Below, piece by piece: positions 50,822 through 61,807 of a DNA stretch of 64,000 nucleotides. The notes below the pieces were generated by a model. It ran no database searches. It saw only the letters and a list, made by a program, of their open reading frames with translations, and was not told the DNA's origin. The stretch is taken from assembly GCA_024704765.1 (NCBI GenBank), contig JAKMXF010000329.1, positions 62,001-126,000 of the forward strand, read 5' to 3'. How positions within the stretch are numbered: the stretch's first letter is position 1; each line of letters begins with the position of its first letter. The position numbers were made by a program, and so were the translations under genes. Source of the stretch: Oopsacas minuta. Taxonomy: Eukaryota > Animalia > Porifera.

Positions 50822-53820
50822 CACAGTGGCACGGCATGTGGAAATAGGTGAAAAAATATAACCTCAAATTGCTTTATAGTGTTGATATTTGAATTCAGCA
50901 CCCCTACAAACCTCGGAAAACATTTGACATCTCTACAATAGACTTTCCATTTAGCTCCTACGTCTATTCCAATGAGAGCATAATTGAAATTCGAAAGATT
51001 GATTTATGGTTTCAATTTTCGGTCATGATGTAATTTTGAATAATATGCATTCTTCACGTCAAATAACTGCTATTTATAGTATACCAATCGAAAGCTCTTA
51101 TGTTGCTGAATAATAAATCACGTTAATCTTGGCTCCAATGAACAGATGGAATTTACTATTCTCATTTTAAACAAGCTTGTTCGTACAAGTGCAATAAATA
51201 GAAACACGTTTCATTAAAACTCTAGTACTTTTTTTGCCTTCACTTGCGGAACTTCCATTGCACTTTCCTAATAGCTCTTTTCGTCCTCTACAAAATACAC
51301 TTTAAATTATAGTGTCAGGAAGTGTCAACGATATTTTTTTTTGCGATTTTAAATATAATCCATTCACAATTATCTAATTTTTGGCCCATATAAATCATAA
51401 ATAATTGTTGTGGTTGTTTATTAGCACATTTTTCATTATGAATAACGAAGATGCATACACGTTCTTAACTGCACAAAAGAATAAAACAATCACTTCTCTC
51501 GCGTCCTCGTTTATTGTCCTCAATTATTTGGAAGAAACAGAGCATGATACAGTTCGGAGAAAATTTTCGACCCTCAGAGAAGATAGGAGAGAATACCTGA
51601 AACGAGCCGATGTAACTACTTGGAATGCGATACCTTTTCATACACCACTTAAACACCCGAGATAGAGTACAGGTTATCAATGCTCGGATGAAGTCATGGT
51701 GATAGGGAGTGTTTCTTCTAGCCAATCAACCTCTGTTTTCGAAGAAGATTTTAGTAAGCCCACCCGTAAGCCTCTGAGGGAATTATCAACTAAAGGTCTT
51801 CGCAGCCGATTGTCCTCCTTACTAACACATCTTGAAAAGGTTGCTGTACAAGAGAATGTTTCCAGTAAAGAACTATCCTGTTACCTGATGATGCTATGTT
51901 CACAGACTGAATACGACTTTACTACTACCAAGTTCTGTAAAGAAATTATTGCTAAGGGAAGCTTCGGTCCAGTTTGCAATAAATTAACCTGCGATAAAGC
52001 TGCGTTCTTGATGGATTCTTTAGAAATTGGAAAGAAGAAATACATCGATTTAAGACGTTTCTTGCTTTCAGATGTCCAGCTTCCAGGTTACAATCGATTA
52101 GCTACCTATCGATCTCAAATTTGCTTGACTAATGACATCTTTTCAGTTGATCGAGAACATCGGGTAGGCATTGCTGTATCTTACAAAAAGCTTCTGACTC
52201 ATACAGTAAACAGAATATTGACTGCTTCTGCCAATGAAATTCCCAGCGCCAGCAATCCTAAAAGGATACGAATTTCAGATGGACTTGACGGTTCTGGCTC
52301 TCACCGGGTTTATCAGCAAGCGACTCACCCCAATATTTCAACAAAAAGTTTTATTTTATTCGGGTTTAAGGTGATTTCCATATCCGACACCGATAACAAA
52401 CTGATTTAGAAAAACCCTCTACCAAATTCTCCTTTCTCAATTAGACCCGTTGCGATACTAGCTCTACAGGAGAACGAAGACAATATTCGATATCTTATGG
52501 ATACACTAATCAATAAGGAGTCCACAGAGATAACGGAAAAGGCTTTAGAACTAACAAGCGGATTTTGTGAAGTTGAAATTCAACGTTCACAATTGGATGG
52601 CAAAATGGCTAAGATTATTAGTGGAGCTGGGGGAGCATGTTGCCAGTTCTGCACAGCGACATTCAAACAAATCCATGATCCGGATATCGTAAAAGACGGT
52701 TTTCCAATTAATCGATCCATCACAGACCTGAAAGTATTATTTGATGAAGTTAACGAAGAGGAGTTTCTATCATTATCTTCTGACAACAGATTCAACGTTA
52801 CACACAGACCAATATCTGACTTAGAAATCATACCCAGTTCGCCTTTGCATGCATATCTCCGATGTTTTGGCTGGTTTTTACATCTAATTAGCCATTTGCA
52901 CGCAGGAGTATTTAAGTGGTCACCAACTTCTAAGAGAGTCTCAGATGCTAAAACTTTCGTTACAAGTTTAATTAAAGACAATCTCAATATTATTATTGAC
53001 ATCCCTTCAACACAAGGTGGCACAACGACTACTGGTAATGTGGTAAGACGATGCTTGATAAGAAAGGATGACAACGATCAAGATTTCCTCTACTGGGTTT
53101 TGACAGTGATCCCGTCTGAGTTCAAGTCCCACATAATTGAAATTCACACATGCTTAGGAGCAATCCTACGCGTCTATAATAGCAGCAGAAGAGTGGATAC
53201 AGAAGAACTAGCGCTTGTTTGCAGTAATATCTACCAGTCAATTCTCTGTGCATTTCCTTGGGCTAATGTTTCCCCGACGTTACACAAACTGTTAGCACAT
53301 GCACCGGAAATCATCTCAACGTTTAATGATGGACATGGGCTAGAGAACTTATCTGAAGAAGGACTAGAGGCTTCTAACAAATATATTCGGAGATACAGAG
53401 ATCGTCTTGCTCGCAAGTTTTCATTTGAAGAAAATTTAAAGGATGTATTTGTTCGATTGATTTCTCACAGTGATCCCATGCTGTTAATGAATCGCAAGTT
53501 TTCTATTCCAAGGCCTCCATCTAGCCAAGGACTTAAAAGTAGCCAAGATATTTTAGTGAACACCCTTATTCGTGATCATGAAGATCATAATGATGATTAA
53601 AAGTAAACCTCTCAATCGATTAATAGAAAATTTGGAGAATTTTCACACCTCAGATAGGTGACAATGACGTCATAACTTTGTCACCTGAAGGGATAGAGAA
53701 AAAATAAGTATCCCATTCGATTCGTTGGGCTCGAAAACCTATATGACAATAATACATTTTGAGGACCTATGTGCCATCAAAATGCCTATTTCCACATTCT
53801 AACCATTTCGTGCCACTGTG
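50822..53820 (+). mobile_element. RAG1-like/Transib transposon, family 2 (2999 bp)
   Basis: Ends CACAGTGGCACG (50822) and CGTGCCACTGTG (53820); perfect 5-bp TSD CTTGG (50817-21, 53821-25). Confidence 0.95.
51438..53600 (+). pseudogene. RAG1-core-like (Transib) transposase, 720 codons in one frame with two in-frame TAG stops
   Basis: ORF-track pieces 51405, 51696 and 52497 share one frame; TAG at 51663 and 52407. ISDGLDGSGSH, SQLDGKMAKI, CQFC, PLHAY, TLHKLLAH, SEEGLEASNK correspond to RAG1 D600, D708, C727/C730, H795, H937/H942 and E962. Confidence 0.93.
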
Positions 53821-55382
53821 CTTGGCGCACTTCAAAACAACCTAAAATTAAAGTTAAATTGTGAAATTGTGTAGGAATAAATACAGTAACTGAAACTTAC
53901 CTTAATTATGCAACTTAGGTAGTGTCTGTTTTCCTTTACGAGTTTAGCGTGCTCTGAATCAAGTTTTGACACAATTGAGGAGCCTCTTCACATGCTTAAA
54001 TCCCACCCACTTGGGTATTGCAAACTTATGGGGCTCGCATTCTCCATGATCTCTTTTTTCTGACCCCTTTTCAAAATTTGACATACCTATAGACCAAAAT
54101 ACTGTCTGCGTGGAGAGGCCAAAGTGGCGGTAGGGGAAACAGGAGAGAGCGTTTCGATTCTGTGGGTATCCCAGCCAATTATGTTTTTCATACCAGGTGG
54201 GCTGAACATACGACCATCTGTGGTAGGGAAATTATCTAGAATTGGTTGCATTGGTTGGCAATCTGGATCCTGGCTAAGGTCATCTTGCCCAGGAGGCTTA
54301 TTAATGCACATCCTCTTATTGAAGGTAGGGCCGAAAAAGTTCGCCATAAGTAAAATTTAAATATTCTAGAGTATTCAGGTGTCAAAATATTAATATGCAT
54401 ATCTAGCGCATTAATATATATCTTAAATCTGTGAATTAGCACTTTGGTGCCATATTTTTTCGTTGGATTATTCAAGGGGAATTTCTTAAACAAATTTCAT
54501 TAAAAATATTGTGAGTGGGGACTATAAATTTTTATTCATTATTTTTGGGGACGTTAAATCTAAATCTATATGTAAGTATTGTTACTACTCAGAAAATTAG
54601 AACAGTAGAGCCTTGCCTGTCGGGTGGCCCGTATGTATCTCTATTCTAAACTAGGTTGCCCCCCTCTTGGTTGTTCAGCTCCCCTTGTGTCCCCAGGAGA
54701 AATGAAGCAAGCGCCGCCCCTGGTTCGCGAAACAAACTCAATCCAGAAAGCGATATTTGATGTGCACTCTCACAATACAAGCCGTAGTTTGAAGAAAGTA
54801 TTCAGCGTAGCAAGTGTGTTTCATCCATTGGAGACCAACTATGCAAAGTTTATGATTAAACCCAATAAATTTTTCATGTTGAATATGAAATACTTTCTCT
54901 CTTTATCATGTTTTATTAATATAGGGTAATACCTGTAGGTTTGGGTGACAGTGATACGCGGAGTTGTTGAAATGGGATATTAGTCAAACCTAATTCCCGA
55001 CCACTGCACTAAGGGAATGGCAGTCAATATAAATGGAATATCTTGGCACAATTCATTTGCAATTGATATTTGACAATACACTCACCCTATAGCCACAAAT
55101 CATTTCTAGGAAAAAATGCCATCATCTGCTTGCTTACTTAGCAATTATATCAAAGAAATGCTTCAAAAGTACAATGAAATGTACCTGTCACAGAAATCTT
55201 TAATTGAAATTCTTCCTTCTAATCCAAAGGAGCTAAAAATTCACAATGAAACAGGTCAATGTTGAAAAACGGAAGAAAAGCAACTCTGTTGACCAGAAAC
55301 ATGCAAACTTTCTTTGCCATCATACCCAATACACCTATTCAAATATAGCATATACAGAGTAGTGGATTTGATTGATATTTCA

Positions 55383-55423
55383 TCCAAATCCAAATCAAAT
55401 CCAAATCAAATCCAAATCGAATC
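55383..55423. repeat. (C)CAAAT microsatellite, possibly the 3' tail of a minus-strand LINE remnant
   Basis: TCCAAATCCAAATCAAATCCAAATCAAATCCAAATCGAATC; the LINE-tail interpretation is inference. Confidence 0.6.
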
Positions 55424-55929
55424 ACTCGGTAAGATGAATTTCCGGATATAAATAATCGAGCCCTGTCCTGATATACGTAATACGAAAGTCTACTGCAAGT
55501 ACTCATGTGCGATAATAATGCTTACAGGCTGTGGTACACTAATAAATTTTTGGGTTACCCTGTTCCCATGTCAATAATTATGCGACGGTGTAGTTTATTT
55601 TATGGACAGATCCTAGCAACGGATGAAATATATGGGTACTTAAAGTATATCTATTATCATTATATCCATTATGTATGTATTTCTAGGTTTGAAGATATGT
55701 TTAATCAATGACATTATCAAAATGAATGATTGATTATAAATATCAAGCTTATTTCTACCTAAATTGCCAATGAGGATTGAAAATTGAAAACAATCTGATT
55801 GTGGGAATACTGTTGTGTGTGCTGCGCGAATAACCCCAATGGAAGAGTTTGGAAATAGTTGCGTGCTCTGGATGCAAAGACTCAGAAATTGTTGTTCTAT
55901 TCACAATTCTGGTTCATACTGAGTGTATA

Positions 55930-56480
55930 GAACTCGCCGTGGACCACGAGAAGAAATAATTTCTGGAATACGCCCATATTGCTCTCTGATAATTAAATTC
56001 TTTGATACTTAATGATGACAAAACTGAAGTACTACATATTCAATGGTGATCCAAGTACGCTAACTAATATAATTCATTATTTTATGGTCTCCAGAATCAT
56101 TGAAGAAAGTAAAACAGGTTCAAAACGCAGCAGCACGTGTGGATATTCGTACGTACATATCTCCTGCTTTAAATTTCTACGTTGGCTCTCCAATAAAGGA
56201 GAATACTAGCTACAAAAACTAACTGCAAGCTTTCAAAGTGGTAGAAGGTATATCTCAAGTATATCTGTCAGATATAATTGTTGTAACTCTCCAAAGCGAT
56301 ACATACATTCCTGTGATTTACTCCTTCTGACCATTCCAATGACTTATCGCAGAAATGGCGATAGAACTAGCTGGAAATTAGCCCTATGCTTTGGGATCAA
56401 ATAATTTGTGAAATACGGTCTTAATTGACCCTTGAATCTTTCAAAAGTAACCTTAAAACATCTTTTCAGACAAGCTTATG
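55930..56480 (+). pseudogene. L2/CR1-like RT C-terminal remnant
   Basis: LNDDKTEVLHI and TLESFKSNLKT motifs typical of LINE ORF2 ends; many stops. Confidence 0.5.
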
Positions 56481-58389
56481 GAATGACTTTAAATCTAAAT
56501 CTAATGAGTTTGTTTCCTTGAAAATTGTACTCATTCATAAAGTGTTGTATATATTCCAATCTCATCTAATTGTTAGTTCTGGAATAGGAACAGGCAAGTG
56601 TTTCCGTCCTGGATCTCTATTATTAGTATTATTATGTATTATATTCAATCGATACAAATAAAACAATTAATCTGTATATTTATATATGTTTGTATGTCCA
56701 AAATTGATTCAAGAAACTGGAGGACCCGGGGCTGATTTTTGGCAGACAGGGGTATTTTGGGCCTGGCTTGGACAAGTTCGAGTCTTGGACGAAAAGTCAC
56801 ACATATGATGAAATTATGACGTCATTGCAAACCTTGTAGATTTTCGAAAAAATCACATTATTAAACACTACTCAGCCAATGTACATGATAGAAGTTTGAA
56901 TTTACATCACAGGTACCCTTCAATGTGACAAATGGCCTCAACATCTTGAATCTGACCACAAGCTAACTAATCATGGGATTATTACATCATCATGACTAAA
57001 TGCATAGAACCAATACTATAGAACCCAGGGGTACGTATTTTCGAAAATTATCAACGATGCAAAGGTCGACAACATAAGTAATATCATAATAACTGAGTAT
57101 TGGTAGTTTTTCGTACTCCTGGGCTCTTTACTCTTTGAAATGAATACACTTCACACAAAATATTCAATTCAATATGATTACATGTTATTTTATTTCAGGG
57201 GTATTGTGACATTTACAGAATTGGAACCATTTCAAAATTTCGCATTCATATTTTACCTAGGATTAACTCGAAAATCCGAGAGGCCAAAATTTGACAGACC
57301 GATGAACGGTCAAATCAATAGGTCATGTGCCGTCAAGACATTCGTCACCTATCTTTGAGATATATTAGTTCAATTGGTCATAGAGTTATCACATTAATTT
57401 GTTACAGTTCTTCTCAATCAATTAGGAACAAAAATTCAACAAGTTTATATACAAGATATGTATTTCTGTGAACAGCTACATGTATACGAATTGTTATGAC
57501 AATATAAAATGTGTATATTATTGTATATTCTATTTTCGAGCTAAAATTTTTGCTAATGTTAAATTTTAGAATGATACACGCTATAATTATGCAAATTCCT
57601 AACCACCAGCTTTTGGTTCAATACCCCGCCAAAAAAGGTAAGTTGTGTTGATTAGGGGTTTGCAGCACTGCTTAAAAGCTTATCATTATTAATTTTCGTT
57701 TTGAGGCTGTATTGACGGGTGCCATGGGCTGCACATTGGACACCCTTGATAAGGACTAATATATTCAAGGGTGCGAGGCAGATTATAGGTAGCGAGAGCG
57801 GAATATGCTCCCTTATCCCTCGCAATCTCATACAGAAGAAATAGCCTAATTGCTGATTGGCTCACCATTATATGTTGCAGGATTGAGTTTGTATACGTTG
57901 TGTTTTTGCAGGATTACAAAAAACCAGGAGGAAATCAGTAGGTTCAGTAATTGGAAGTGTAACTCGATTAACTTTAGAATACATGGGTTTACACCGAAAT
58001 TCCAGACGTGTTGAATGATGTTTCATGCATTCGGTTCTGGCGGATTAACCTGGAATACTACAAAACAATCATCAATATCATTCGCTCCTCGTTTTAAGAA
58101 ACAAAGTCAAACCTTTGGGGTCAGCATACGAAATTATTGATATGCTATGATTTAACATGTATATAGGCCCTGCTACCAAACCTGGGGGTCCAAATCCCAC
58201 GGATACCTAAACTTGCCCTAATAATCAACACGTTATGTGAAGTAAGGAGAGAAAGTTAATCAAAAAGCAAGTTTCATCTAATGCACAAAATGATGAGAAT
58301 ATCTCCAGAAAGTAAAATAAATACTAAATCCATGGTGGAAGAATAGAATGATATTTTATTATCTGAAATTAAAAAATGGTTAAATTGGA

Positions 58390-59880
58390 TTAATCTGTTT
58401 TATATATTTTCAGAGCATTAAGTCGCTCAATGGTAGAAGGGTGGTGATTATGAAATGTAGAATATAAAGGGTCATTAATCGGAAAAGACTTATTATCTCT
58501 TGTTAGCTTAATAATTGCAGAACTGAGTAAACTTCCCATACCCATTTTAGCGGCAAAAGCATCTGCAGAATATTCAAATCTTCGATTTAAGAAGTTGATA
58601 CAAAATGATAAAAGAAAATCAATTGGAGCAAATATGAACCCAAAAATGATAACAATGCCAACAATGATTGGCTGAGAATCCACAAAACCAAATCTAGTGT
58701 AAAATAGACTATTATCCAATAATAGTGAAAAGAGAGCAATATATACAAATAATACAATCTCGTTCAATACTAATGACTTTATATTATGTTGGTAAACCCA
58801 GTGACCTAACTCGTGACATACAATTGCTAATACCTCTTCATTAGATAAAGGATCAAAAGATTTCTCCGAATCTAAATTTCCTTGGATATATTCAGATTTG
58901 GAGAATTTATAATCTTCATAAGAGTCCTGATTATCATTACTTATAGTGGTATTAGAAGATTCATGCTCACTCAAAACTTCAGTATACCTTTCTTCTTTCA
59001 ATGACAAATTAGATACATATTTATGTGAGGGTACAATTAGGTCTTCTCGTGTTAAAAGAGTATCAAATAGTACAATACGTTGATTCCTCCAAAATCCATA
59101 AAAATAAGCATTTGAATGTGCTGATTTTCTCGAGCTGTTAACAATAAATATGTTTGTTAGGGGGAAAGAGACCTTGTCTGATAGGCCTTGAATCATATCT
59201 CTTAGTTCACCGTATTCAAGAGGAGAATATGAATCAAATATGGGGGCAATCCAAGTAGGGTAAATCCAGAGGATAAGTAAAGTGATAAATGATAAAAATA
59301 ACCAGACATGAAAGTAGAAATCATTGCCGCTCAACTGAACAATTAAAATAAATCCGGATAGAATTGGGAGCAATAGAATTTGATTTATGATAAACTTCTT
59401 GAAGAACTCCCAAAAATATTGAGATAAGGACATATTATTGAAACCATGATTCTGTTCCATTATAAAAGTCCTGTAAAGTACCCAAGGTTGATGTAAAAGA
59501 GAGAAAACAGTGTTTAATAACAAGATCCAAACTTGAGAGTATAAAATTTCATGACTAGAATCAAACCCCAAACTTGAACAAAATTGCTCTACGATTGCCC
59601 AAGAGCTGATGGTAAGTTTAAAATATAAAATAAATGTGAATTCAATATTTCCATAAAGGCCATAGACAAATGAAAATCTAATTAAATCAAGCTGATAAGC
59701 TTTGGAATTTATCAATTGAGCTTTACTGAATTTGTGCTCAATAATATTTGGAACTTCCTCAACATCACAAATCGAATTATATTCTCTATACTGAAGGTAG
59801 GAGTGCCAAAAGAATGATAACCAAAGAAATATATAAATAGCAGATATTGAATCGGGAAAATGAGACAAGTAGTCATGCAT
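58390..59880 (-). CDS. STE24: CAAX prenyl protease 1 (peptidase M48), intact and intronless, about 496 aa
   Basis: SAHSNAYFYGF..QRIVLFDTLL, NEEVLAIVCHELGHW (HEXXH), RRFEYSADAFA, HPSTIERL, and multiple TM helices. The likely start is MHDY at 59880; the ORF-track extension to 59979 runs through a tandem duplication. Confidence 0.95.
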   Translation of the reverse strand: MHDYLSHFPDSISAIYIFLWLSFFWHSYLQYREYNSICDVEEVPNIIEHKFSKAQLINSKAYQLDLIRFSFVYGLYGNIEFTFILYFKLTISSWAIVEQFCSSLGFDSSHEILYSQVWILLLNTVFSLLHQPWVLYRTFIMEQNHGFNNMSLSQYFWEFFKKFIINQILLLPILSGFILIVQLSGNDFYFHVWLFLSFITLLILWIYPTWIAPIFDSYSPLEYGELRDMIQGLSDKVSFPLTNIFIVNSSRKSAHSNAYFYGFWRNQRIVLFDTLLTREDLIVPSHKYVSNLSLKEERYTEVLSEHESSNTTISNDNQDSYEDYKFSKSEYIQGNLDSEKSFDPLSNEEVLAIVCHELGHWVYQHNIKSLVLNEIVLFVYIALFSLLLDNSLFYTRFGFVDSQPIIVGIVIIFGFIFAPIDFLLSFCINFLNRRFEYSADAFAAKMGMGSLLSSAIIKLTRDNKSFPINDPLYSTFHNHHPSTIERLNALKIYKTD

Positions 59881-59886
59881 GACCAA

Positions 59887-59960
59887 AAAGAAAGTGAGAA
59901 ATATTGAATCTGAAAATAAAGATAAAGAAAGTGAGAAATATTGAACCTGAAAATAAAGAT
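59887..59960. repeat. 37-bp tandem duplication just upstream of STE24
   Basis: AAAGAAAGTGAGAAATATTGAA(T/C)CTGAAAATAAAGAT twice, with one mismatch. Confidence 0.9.
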
Positions 59961-60278
59961 AAACAAATCCGAAGCTCAAATTTGGTCATATTCCGTGTAC
60001 ATATATATTATTGTGACACGAAGCATAATATAGGGCGCGCCACTGACCAGAATTTTATGGACCAAATAATACTTGAATTCATCCAATATATATACAATAA
60101 AATTATTCACGATAATACAAAATTGGTGTATATTGGCTCAAATAAATGTATTATTGTAAGTTAATAATTACACAAGCTATGTTATCCGACGAGTCCGAAG
60201 TTGAAATGACGCCATCTGATTGACTAAACGGGAAATGGTGTGAAAAATGTGCCATTTTTAACCTCGGTCAAATGATCC

Positions 60279-61807
60279 GGACACCAACAAAACGTTCCAC
60301 GACAAAATGTTCCAGCGACAAAATGTTCCACGACAAAACGTTCCACGACATTTCGCTCCACTTTTGATTGGTCAATGCTTGTTAATAATTTAACAGGTGT
60401 TAAATGGCTAAATAATATTGCAAATAAAATCAATTAATTTAGGATGAATGATTTCAGAAGAATCTAATGTTACAGTATTGATATCGCAAACCTAAACATA
60501 GAAGTTCTGTGTTAGCAAAGTGAGGTAAGATAATTTATAGTAAAGGTAACGAATTTATATCAGGGATACATTCGTAGTAATTAATTCATTTGATGCAGAA
60601 GATGCGAAATTAATTGTATGTTTGCCAGTAAACATGGAGTCACCTTTGTAGTTCTATTTAAATGTTGCAATTGTAGTATTTTCAGCTTGCATTATCAGCT
60701 AAATATTATTTGCTACATTTTATATTCTTTTAATTAACAACTTCAGATTATCAATGGATCCTGATCAGCCCTCCTTCCGGCTGGACAGAACAAACAAGGG
60801 AGGACAAAAGATGTTAGAAGGAGGATATTATATTTGATGCATAGAAGAGTTGGAGAAATGACACATTGGTAGTGTGAACAGAGAGGAGAGTGTAAAGCAA
60901 GGGTTCATACGAAGGGAATAGAGATAGTGAAGCGTACGAATGAGCATCTGCATGCACCTGATGTGCAGGCTACGGCCTGCTGTGAGTTAAAGGCCGGCAT
61001 CAAGAGGAAAGCACGGGACACACAGGATAGCTCACATTACATAATCGGTGAGGGTATGCTAACGGCATCAGAGGGTACTGCTGCTAAACTACCTAAGCTG
61101 GACAGCCTGAAGCGGACGATACAGCGTCAGCGTGCAAGTGTATTATCAGCTCCAGTGCAGCCTACCGCCCTAGCAGAGTTGGTTCTACCTGCAGAATACC
61201 AGCGGACAGCCAAGGGGGAACAGTTCCTACTCTATGACTCTGGGGAAGACTATGCACATAGATTCCTCAACTTCGGGATGCTACAGCAAAGCAAGATCTG
61301 GCTAGCTGATGGCACTTTCAAGACGGCGCCTCCCCTCTTCGCCCAGGTGTATGTGGTGCATGGACTCCGAGGAGGAGACGATCCTATGAAGACTGGTCAT
61401 CTGTTGCCGAGTCTGTTCGTGCTGCTGCTCAATAAGACAGAGGATACCTACCGTAGGATGTGGGAGCAGATCCGCATACTCTGTCCTCTTGCCCAGCCTG
61501 AACAGATGCTTCTGAACTTTGAGAAGGGCGCAATTAACAGCTTTGAGCATGTCTGACCTAACACAGTGGTGAAGTGCTCCTTCTTCCACCTCACACAGAA
61601 TATCTGGCGCCATGTGCAGTCTGACTACACACATGACGAAGAGCTGGCCATGCGCATCCGGAAGATACCAGCCCTTGAATTCGCCCGACCAGCAGACGTA
61701 CCCGATCTGTTTGAGCAAGTGTCAATGGATCTCCCCTTACGTCTGAGATAGGCGAGCTAGTCGACTACTTTGAGAGGACTTATATCAGTCGCACGCTGGC
61801 CACTGAC
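60279..61807 (+). mobile_element. Mutator/MULE (FLYWCH-MULE) element, degenerate and interrupted at 61808
   Basis: Terminal 15-bp repeats AAAA(C/T)GTTCCACGAC x4 (60289-60349); ATG at 60754. HW.CEQRGECKARVHT, WLADGTFKTAPPLFAQVYVVHG, FEKGAINSF, CSFFHLTQNIWR. Confidence 0.85.

Larger units (their letters stand above)
49050..54722 (-). mobile_element. hAT transposon with ZMYM1-like transposase, split by the RAG1-like element
   Basis: 5' end CAGGGGCGGCGC (rc, 54722). Fragments VVLKCAK|LGIGLRGHRE, AKYTHHSIQDDI, RQCYDGASVISG, YIHCFAHRLNLVV, YLRSTVSEQR. The 3' terminus is not identified. Confidence 0.8.

Noticed and set aside
50829-50870. Canonical RSS nonamer at 12 or 23 bp
   Set aside because: ACAAAAACC is absent. 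An A-tract about 23 bp from the 5' heptamer of family 2 is not reproduced at the other three ends.
51663-52409. TAG readthrough or a variant genetic code
   Set aside because: TAG terminates other genes in the window (e.g. the mariner ORFs at 8598 and 14462), and family 1 has different lesions; point mutation is simpler.
52580-53416. Antisense ORFs over the transposases (also 28408-28728, 5781-6026, 20753-20953)
   Set aside because: These are shadow frames opposite real coding sequence with no recognisable motifs.
50822-53820. RAG2-like partner gene (ProtoRAG-type two-gene element)
   Set aside because: The transposase fills most of the 3.0-3.2 kb in both elements, leaving under 700 bp per side; no kelch-like ORF was seen.
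59881-59979. 33-aa N-terminal extension of STE24 in the ORF track
   Set aside because: It starts at a non-ATG codon and runs through a 37-bp tandem duplication; homology starts at MHDY.
60289-60349. 15-bp repeat array as CRISPR or a regulatory array
   Set aside because: No spacers; it lies at the terminus of a MULE element as a subterminal repeat.
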